The notes under the pieces are model-generated. The model made no database searches. It was not told where the DNA came from and saw only the letters and a list, made by a program, of their open reading frames with translations. The position numbers were made by a program, and so were the translations under genes. A stretch of 20,816 bases of DNA from a virus (lineage: Duplodnaviria > Heunggongvirae > Uroviricota > Caudoviricetes): positions 1 to 20,816 of the IMG/VR virus record IMGVR_UViG_2565956607_000008, one strand, 5' to 3'. This document shows positions 15,069 through 20,816 of the stretch, in pieces (within the stretch, counting starts at the first letter, position 1; each line of letters opens with the position of its first letter).

Positions 15069-15385
15069 TATTTGGCATCCCTCAGAGCATCATTGATATA
15101 AGTAACAACCTCGGCAACTAATGCCGGATCCTTACTTTTAAGATTTTTCTTTAGGTTGTTAATCTTATCTTTGCTGATTCCCTTTCGCACCAGTCCACCA
15201 AAGGCCTCCTCCAAAAATGAGGATCCATACCCGAAAACCCCGTCAAAGTCAACGCAAATTTCATCATTTTCCAGTATTGCAGGAACTAAATAAAATTCGC
15301 GGAATTTTTCGCCACTATTCTCTCCAAGCGACTCGTAGCGAGGGCCAGGATATCTGGAGAATTCCTTGATATATAAAGTTTTCAT
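15068..15385 (-). CDS. Cassette gene B: STAS-like (DUF4325-like) small protein (105 aa)
   Basis: VDFDGVFGYGSSFLEEAFGGL parallels the anti-sigma-factor-antagonist motif around the phosphorylatable serine; strong AAGGAGAAG ribosome-binding site; ATGA overlap with gene A. Confidence 0.7.
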   Translation of the reverse strand: MKTLYIKEFSRYPGPRYESLGENSGEKFREFYLVPAILENDEICVDFDGVFGYGSSFLEEAFGGLVRKGISKDKINNLKKNLKSKDPALVAEVVTYINDALRDAK

Positions 15386-16482
15386 GCCGCTTCTCCTTCA
15401 GTTGGTAGTGGCACACTCCACTCAACAATTGTACCATTGATGGATTTATGAGCATCCCACATCAATTCGGGCCTTGCTTTCTTCCTTTTAGTATATCTGT
15501 AGTTCCCCTTGTTTGATATGATTCTGAGTTGGGCATGTGTAAAATTATCTATAATTGATTGTAAATCCGTGCCGCCTTTCCCTCTGTAACCAAGTTTTGT
15601 TCTTGTGCGTTTAACCTGTAATGATGCTTTTATATGCTCTGAATCTAATTCAATAGGCTTGCCTATAATTTCAATAAGTTTTGATAAAACTCTTTCTCCT
15701 TGAGTTAATTTCAAAGTTTTGGGAATTCCAACTCCTAAATCGCATATGGATAAAATCAATTTATTATTCATTATTGCTGCAAAACACCACCATTTATTTT
15801 TAATGTTGTTCTTTTGCTTGTCGTATAGATCATCTCTATATGCGTGCTCTACCGAGTTGGACATCGCCTCAATTAGAGGTCTGTATAAATTAGTGTAATC
15901 CGTTCCCATTTTCTCAGTTACTGCTTCTAATAGTTTCCCAGCAATTGTAGAATCAACCAGTTCACCTCTAATAACCTCCCAGCACTTAACAGATGGGTTC
16001 TCTTTCATCTCTCGACCTTTTACCCCAAATGCAGAATATATACCAATACGGTTAAGTACGCTATCAACTACATGATGTTCGCCTTTCTGTGTAGTTTTGA
16101 ATGGAGGGCGAGTTACAGTGTATCTTATATCTGGATAGTTACTTTTTAAACTCTCCAGTTTTGCTAGTAAATATAATCCTGCAGCGGCCGATATGTAAAT
16201 CGTATTTCTGAAGCAAACATATATTTTTTGAGTTTTAAACTGCTCTTGCTTGGCTTTTTTTTCAATATTTTCAATAAAACTTATTACGTTGTCATGGTAA
16301 TTAGAGTTATAGATATCAAGAATAGTAGGTGCAACTATTTTTTCAGAATTTGATTTTCGTATGTTACCATTACGTTTGTATCTTTTGTGTTCGGTTGACT
16401 TTTTGCTTGCGTTTGCACGGAGAAACCTTTTTCTCCTTATTCTTTTTAACACTGAAGTATAGAGCTGTTCTATTTTTTTCAT
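15382..16482 (-). CDS. Cassette gene A: protein with basic N-terminal region and C-terminal GHKL/HATPase-like ATP-binding domain (366 aa)
   Basis: AAGGAG ribosome-binding site 8 nt upstream; N-box-like EAMSNSVEHAY (E205..N209..H213), G1-like CDLGVGI (D248xGxG), G2-like GYRGKGGTDL (about 299..308); AT-rich. Confidence 0.7.
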   Translation of the reverse strand: MKKIEQLYTSVLKRIRRKRFLRANASKKSTEHKRYKRNGNIRKSNSEKIVAPTILDIYNSNYHDNVISFIENIEKKAKQEQFKTQKIYVCFRNTIYISAAAGLYLLAKLESLKSNYPDIRYTVTRPPFKTTQKGEHHVVDSVLNRIGIYSAFGVKGREMKENPSVKCWEVIRGELVDSTIAGKLLEAVTEKMGTDYTNLYRPLIEAMSNSVEHAYRDDLYDKQKNNIKNKWWCFAAIMNNKLILSICDLGVGIPKTLKLTQGERVLSKLIEIIGKPIELDSEHIKASLQVKRTRTKLGYRGKGGTDLQSIIDNFTHAQLRIISNKGNYRYTKRKKARPELMWDAHKSINGTIVEWSVPLPTEGEAA

Positions 16483-16707
16483 TTTACTCGACTCCTTGAT
16501 GTAATAATCAGCTCAGTTTACAAAAACACTAACGCGTACGCAAAAACTATCGTAATCTGTTAAGAGTGGTCACTTCGACACGAACTTAAAACATATTGAA
16601 GCCTCGCTTTTGCGGGTTTTGTTCCGTTCAGGGCTCTTGGGTTGAGATGTTCTGCATGACACATCGCAAGTAAGCATCTTCTGGCGCCTTTGACAGAGTG
16701 TTACATA

Positions 16708-16737
16708 TTGACTAACACAAAGTTTACAAATTAGATT
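16708..16737 (+). promoter_or_regulatory. Putative late promoter (pR'-like)
   Basis: TTGACT (16708..16713), 17-18 bp spacer, TTAGAT/TAGATT (16731..16737); upstream of a non-coding leader ending in terminators before the lysis genes. Sequence-only prediction. Confidence 0.3.
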
Positions 16738-17010
16738 ATCGACATGGTGAATCCCCCTATGCGGTGGGGCGACCAGTCACTTACAGTGATCTGTAAATGC
16801 AGCGCGGGCCATGTCGACTGGGACATGCTCACCGGGAGGCACCCGGCACCATACAATGCTACTAAGCTATTTGGTAGTGGGGTTGCCGTTTCGGCTTCTC
16901 CAGCTATGTTTAAAAGGTAGTAACGGAAAACGAGCGCTCTCCTGGTAAATCGGTAGCTCGGACTATTAGGTGCGCCTCGTTCCGTTGCAGAATCAGTATT
17001 GCCTACCTTC

Positions 17011-17037
17011 TGCCCGCCCCTCTGAGCGGGCTTTTTT
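17011..17037 (+). terminator. Intrinsic terminator (tR'-like) in the late leader
   Basis: GCCCGC-CCCTCTGA-GCGGGC followed by TTTTTTT. Confidence 0.6.
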
Positions 17038-17083
17038 TCGCCATGAATAAGTCTCCCCGGCAAGATGAGGAACAAATCATTTG

Positions 17084-17113
17084 AGGCTGCGCTTATGCGC
17101 GGCCTTTTTCATT
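17084..17113 (+). terminator. Second intrinsic terminator upstream of the holin
   Basis: GGCTGCGC-TTAT-GCGCGGCC (8-bp stem with one G-U pair) followed by TTTTTCATTT. Confidence 0.5.
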
Positions 17114-17216
17114 TCAGGCTCACGGGAATCATCATCGATAAAGCTCGTTGTTAAATCAGCCCGATGGGCCTGACCCTTTCAAACACACAGCACCCCGTTA
17201 ACCCGGAGGTGAACCT

Positions 17217-17528
17217 ATGGCAAAGCATATGCAAGACAAAGAAAGCATGGCCGGAATCACCTGGCTGGCTCTGCTGATCATTGCTGGCTGGGGCGGCCTT
17301 GTCCGATTCCTGATGGATGTGAAGCAGGGCAAAGCGAAATGGAGTTGGATAAATGCTTTTGCGCAGATTGTGGTTTCGGCGTTTACCGGGGTCATTGGTG
17401 GGCTCATCAGCATTGAAGGTGGCCTGAGTATTTACATGATACTGGCCACGGCCGGTATCAGTGGCGCTATGGGTTCCGTAGCGCTCACGTATTTCTGGGA
17501 ACGAATTACCGGAGTGAAAGCACAATGA
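17217..17528 (+). CDS. Holin (103 aa, multi-TM)
   Basis: GGAGGTG ribosome-binding site; hydrophobic helices with charged C-terminus; immediately upstream of and overlapping (ATGA) the endolysin gene. Confidence 0.75.
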   Translation: MAKHMQDKESMAGITWLALLIIAGWGGLVRFLMDVKQGKAKWSWINAFAQIVVSAFTGVIGGLISIEGGLSIYMILATAGISGAMGSVALTYFWERITGVKAQ

Positions 17529-18064
17529 CAGCAGAACAGATTATCGAGGGGATCCTCGGCAAAGAGGGTGGTTATGTCGATCACCCCTCTGATAAAGGCG
17601 GGCCAACCCGCTGGGGCATCACGCAAACCACAGCTCGCGCACATGGCTACACCGGTGATATGCGAAACCTGCCCAGGGAAACAGCAAAGCAAATCCTGCT
17701 GAGCGATTACTGGACCGGCCCCCGGTTCGACCAGGTAGCAGCTCTATCTACGTTACTGGCAGACGAGCTTTGCGACACTGGCGTGAACATGGGGCCCAGC
17801 GTCGCCAGTAAGTTTTTCCAGCGCTGGCTCACTGCCCTGAACATGCGCGGGAAGCTTTATCCAGACCTTATCCCAGATGGCGCGATTGGACCCCGAACCA
17901 TCACCGCTCTGAAGGGGTATCTTTCTGCCCGCGGGAAAGAAGGCGAGCTGGTTTTGCTAAGAGCATTGAATTGCAGTCAGGGCGCCAGATACCTCGAACT
18001 GGCGGAGGGCCGCGAAGCCAACGAGGATTTTCTCTACGGCTGGGTTAAGGAGCGTGTCCTGTGA
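17525..18064 (+). CDS. Endolysin, GH108 family with peptidoglycan-binding domain (179 aa)
   Basis: N-terminal EGGYVDHPSDKGGPTRWGITQ is the hallmark of glycoside hydrolase family 108. Confidence 0.85.
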   Translation: MTAEQIIEGILGKEGGYVDHPSDKGGPTRWGITQTTARAHGYTGDMRNLPRETAKQILLSDYWTGPRFDQVAALSTLLADELCDTGVNMGPSVASKFFQRWLTALNMRGKLYPDLIPDGAIGPRTITALKGYLSARGKEGELVLLRALNCSQGARYLELAEGREANEDFLYGWVKERVL

Positions 18065-18405
18065 AGATGATCATTTTCGCTTTGCTCGTGCTGGTGGCTG
18101 TGCTCGTTCTGTTACTTCTGCGCAAATATACCCGGCTGGAGTTCGTAGGCCATGCCAGCCTGCTGCTGAAAACATGGTCTGTAAAGCTGGGAGCTATCGG
18201 CGCGCTGGTTGGTGTATGGGCGCAGTCGTTCCCGGATGCTGCGCTGCACGCCTGGGCGGTGCTGCCGCCGGATATCAAAAACATCCTGCCGCCAAACATC
18301 GTTGCGTTGATTAGCCCTGCGCTGGTGGTGCTGGCCGTACTATCGCAATACGTACGCCAGCCAGCATTGAAAGAAAAGGCCGACGAACTGAAGGAGCAGC
18401 AATGA
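18061..18405 (+). CDS. Membrane protein in the lysis cassette (114 aa), function unclear
   Basis: Overlaps the endolysin stop (GTGA); N-terminal and internal hydrophobic helices; could be an accessory holin/antiholin-type protein. Confidence 0.5.
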   Translation: MKMIIFALLVLVAVLVLLLLRKYTRLEFVGHASLLLKTWSVKLGAIGALVGVWAQSFPDAALHAWAVLPPDIKNILPPNIVALISPALVVLAVLSQYVRQPALKEKADELKEQQ

Positions 18406-18677
18406 GCTTTGAAATTATCGCGGGACTGGTGGTCGTCATCCTGGGTGCTATTGCTGGCGCGTTCGGCATTGGTCATGCTCGCGGGGCCAGTAAGGCGAAA
18501 GCCAAAGCTGATCAGCAACGTACCGAAGAGAACGCCGCTGCTACTGTCGCCGCGGCAGAACGCCGTGCTGAAGTCACGAAAGGGGCAAGCGATGTACAGG
18601 AAGACGTTAAGCGTATGGGCGATGACGATGTTGATCGCGAGCTGCGCGAAGGATTTACCCGCCCCGGTAGTCGTTGA
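18402..18677 (+). CDS. i-spanin (Rz-like; 91 aa)
   Basis: AAGGAG ribosome-binding site; N-terminal TM helix followed by charged, Ala-rich periplasmic region. Confidence 0.6.
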   Translation: MSFEIIAGLVVVILGAIAGAFGIGHARGASKAKAKADQQRTEENAAATVAAAERRAEVTKGASDVQEDVKRMGDDDVDRELREGFTRPGSR

Positions 18678-18807
18678 TACGGCCTGCAGCTGGGTGAGGA
18701 TCATCTACCTGACCGACCACGATATTGACGTGATGGACCGTCAGACCAAGCGAGACATTCTGGCGCACAACAAAGCAGTAGTAGTCAACTGCCAGAAATT
18801 AAAGTGA
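18592..18807 (+). CDS. o-spanin (Rz1-like lipoprotein; about 71 aa) in the +1 frame, overlapping and extending beyond the i-spanin
   Basis: ATG 18592 preceded by AAAGGGG; signal peptide MYRKTLSVWAMTMLIAS followed by Cys (lipobox IASC); mature part Pro/Val-rich. Confidence 0.55.
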   Translation: MYRKTLSVWAMTMLIASCAKDLPAPVVVDTACSWVRIIYLTDHDIDVMDRQTKRDILAHNKAVVVNCQKLK

Positions 18808-18905
18808 CAATTCTCATACTTTTTTAAGACTAATCTTAATTAAGGGGTTGCCAGTGGATAAAGTGTTGCTGCTGCAATTGGCAGTATCGCTCTGGGGCAA
18901 TACCT

Positions 18906-19115
18906 ATGGGTAATTATTATTATGTTAATAAAAATGCGCAGTCAAATGGTGATCATGAGGTACACGTAAGTTCCTGTGCCAGATTACCCGCAGTTGAAAA
19001 CAGGCTTTTCCTTGGGATATTTGAATCGTGTTCACCCGCTGTGCGCGAAGCCAAGAAAACCTACACGCAATCAAATGGCTGTTATTATTGCTGTTATGCG
19101 TGTCATACGTCATGA
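18906..19115 (+). CDS. Possible small Cys/Tyr-rich protein (69 aa)
   Basis: AT-rich ORF with weak ribosome-binding site, followed by an intrinsic terminator; unusual YYY and CYYCCYAC composition. Low confidence. Confidence 0.25.
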   Translation: MGNYYYVNKNAQSNGDHEVHVSSCARLPAVENRLFLGIFESCSPAVREAKKTYTQSNGCYYCCYACHTS

Positions 19116-19137
19116 CAATTAGTATGAATCTAACCAA

Positions 19138-19160
19138 GGTCGCCAATGGCGGCCTTTTTT
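19138..19160 (+). terminator. Intrinsic terminator
   Basis: GGTCGCC-AAT-GGCGGCC (7-bp stem with one G-U pair) followed by TTTTTT. Confidence 0.5.
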
Positions 19161-19184
19161 ATTGCCAGAAGCAGGAGAAGAATC

Positions 19185-19385
19185 ATGTTAACAGTAAAAG
19201 TAATGTCATCAGATGGTGGCGAAGAAATCCATAGCGGCCTGAGCGTTGGTTTCAACCCCAATCAGCAGAGTATCTCAGTGTCTGGAATGGACCAGAACGT
19301 GTTCCTGAAGCAGGGGGAGGTGGCCTATGTGATGAACGCAAACGGCAAGACCATTTCCCGTTACGAACACAGGACCCAGCAGTAG
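19185..19385 (+). CDS. Hypothetical small protein (about 66 aa)
   Basis: ATG 19185 preceded by AGGAG; the ORF-track start at 19146 lies inside the terminator hairpin, so the shorter start is preferred. Confidence 0.4.
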   Translation: MLTVKVMSSDGGEEIHSGLSVGFNPNQQSISVSGMDQNVFLKQGEVAYVMNANGKTISRYEHRTQQ

Positions 19386-19821
19386 GCATTACAGAAGCTC
19401 CTGAGCTAAGGGGCTTCGATAATGCTAAACCGAAAAATCGGGTTAAAACCTGATAAAAACCCCGTGGAGGAAATCCCAAAGCTACGGGGTGCTGCAGGGG
19501 CAGCCAATGTCGGAGTTTAGTCAGATTGTGAGGCATTTTACTACTTGTTTTGAGTAAAAATAGAAGGTCTGACACTACAGGGAGTGGCTCATCCCTGAGC
19601 TCACGGATAGAACAGTGGACTTTGTCATGGCAGAGCAAAGTCATAAGATAGTTTAGATAACACTCCGGATATGACAAGCGTAGCGGGTGTAAATCAGTTA
19701 ACGGAGCTCAGCGGCTAAGGCATCAAGCATTCACTGAGTATCGTTGATAATGCTATAGTTCACCAGAAAGAGCAGATTGCATGGTGTCAGGAGACACAGC
19801 TCATATTTAGTGGATTTGCCC

Positions 19822-20727
19822 CTATATTTCCAGACACCTGTCATCACTTAACCCATTACTGGCCCGCTGCCGTAGATATTCCCGTGGCGAGCGATAACCC
19901 AGTGCACTATGCGGATGCCATTCGTTATAATGCTCGAACGCCTCTGCAAGGTTCTTTGCTGCCGTTAACCCGTCTGGTTTGGGCATGATACTGATGTAAT
20001 CACGCTTTATCGTTTTCACGAAGCTCTCTGCTATGCCGTTACTCTCCGGACTCCGCACCGCCGTGTTCTTCGGTTCAAGTCCCAACATCCGGGCGAACTG
20101 GCGTGTTTCATTAGCCCGGTAGCATGAACCATTATCCGTCAGCCACTCCACTGGAGATGTCGGAAGCTCGCTGCCGAAGCGGCGTTCCACCGCTCCCAGC
20201 ATGACGTCCTGTACTGTTTCACTGTTGAAGCCGCCCGTAGTGACCGCCCAGTGCAGTGCCTCACGGTCACAGCAGTCCAGCGCGAACGTGACTCGCAGTC
20301 TCTCTCCGTTATCACAGCAGAACTCGAACCCGTCAGAGCACCATCGCTGATTGCTTTCTTTCACGGCCACTCTGCCTGTATGTGCCCGTTTCGATGGCGG
20401 TACAGCAGGTTTTCGCTCAAGCAACAGCGCATTCTGGCGCATGATCCGGTAAACACGTTTGGCATTGATCGCAGGCATACCATCAAGTTCTGCCTGTCTG
20501 CGAAGCAGCGCCCATACCCGACGATAACCATACGTGGGCAGCTCTCCGATAACATGGTGTATACGGAGAAGCACATCCGTATCATCAGTGTGACGACTGC
20601 GGCGGCCATCCATCCAGTCATCGGTTCGTCTGAGAATGACGTGCAACTGCGCACGCGACACCCGGAGACAACGGCTGACTAAGCTTACTCCCCATCCCCG
20701 GGCAATAAGGGCGCGTGCGCTATCCAC
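19822..20727 (-). CDS. insD: IS2 transposase OrfB (InsD; 301 aa)
   Basis: Translation [43 protein letters not shown]... with DDE-type integrase core matches IS2 InsD as I recall it. Confidence 0.95.
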
Positions 20728-20816
20728 TTTTTTGCACGCCCATATTCAACGGCTTCTTTAAGGAGTTCATTTTCCATCGTTTTTTTGCCGAGCAGGCGCT
20801 GGAGTTCTTTAATCTG
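20685..20816 (-). CDS. insC: IS2 OrfA (InsC), 3' portion; N-terminus lies beyond the window
   Basis: Reverse-strand translation ...[43 protein letters not shown] then stop at 20685..20687; overlaps insD in the frameshift region. Confidence 0.85.

Larger units (their letters stand above)
19811..20816 (-). mobile_element. IS2 insertion sequence (IS3 family), partial, continuing past the window edge
   Basis: Terminal sequence TGGATTTGCCCCTATATTTCCAGACA at 19811 matches the IS2 end as I recall it; contains insD and the 3' part of insC. Confidence 0.9.

Noticed and set aside
16740-17040. Possible tRNA genes between Q and the lysis genes, as in Stx phages
   Set aside because: I could not find any T-loop-like GGTTCGA(A/T)TCC box or a cloverleaf with acceptor stem in this stretch by eye; a tRNAscan-SE or Infernal run would settle it.
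16731-17075. Minus-strand 114-aa ORF across the late leader
   Set aside because: It spans two intrinsic terminator hairpins and the promoter-like element, with no ribosome-binding site; the region is better interpreted as non-coding leader.
17151-18704. Minus-strand ORFs antisense to the lysis cassette (17151..17525, 17198..17413, 17432..17692, 18045..18704)
   Set aside because: Antisense to holin, endolysin and spanin genes, which have clear family features and coupling; compositions look non-protein-like.
19252-19677. Minus-strand 141-aa ORF upstream of IS2
   Set aside because: Overlaps the better-supported 66-aa plus-strand gene, has no ribosome-binding site, and translates to Pro/Ser/Arg-rich text.
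20251-20682. ORFs 20251..20682 (+) and 20361..20654 (-) inside IS2
   Set aside because: Alternative frames within insD, the known single transposase gene of this region of IS2.
1-20816. CRISPR arrays or large rRNA genes
   Set aside because: No regularly spaced 25-40-bp direct repeats with unique spacers and no rRNA-like conserved stretches were seen; the only tandem repeats are the 15-bp iterons and short operator or A/T-rich motifs.

Overview
This window looks like an enterobacterial integration hotspot at a tRNA-Arg(CCU) gene (argW-type, minus strand, 3447..3521). On the tRNA 3' side (1..3282) lies part of a P4/CP4-like island: tyrosine integrase, a translationally coupled 251-aa cargo gene of unknown function, AlpA-type regulators and small ORFs. 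On the 5' side (3717 to about 19800) lies a lambdoid prophage: integrase, an AT-rich PD-(D/E)xK-like cargo gene, excisionase, an ATGA-coupled early-left operon, CI/Cro immunity region with repeated CTAAAT/ATTTAG operator palindromes, a CII-like regulator, a replication initiator with in-gene iterons, Dam methyltransferase, a DUF968/HNH-like protein, antiterminator Q, a late-promoter leader with two intrinsic terminators, and a holin/GH108 endolysin/spanin lysis cassette. An IS2 copy (insD complete, insC cut by the window edge) begins at 19811. The most interesting feature is an AT-rich, tightly coupled three-gene operon on the opposite strand (14607..16482) inserted between Q and the late promoter. 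It encodes a protein with GHKL/HATPase-like motifs, a small STAS-like protein with an SpoIIAA-like serine motif, and a single-pass membrane protein, which I propose as a candidate uncharacterised partner-switching-type phage-defence or abortive-infection module. All calls rest on reading the sequence and ORF translations by eye; no database searches or computations were run, so family names are recollections of motifs and should be verified.
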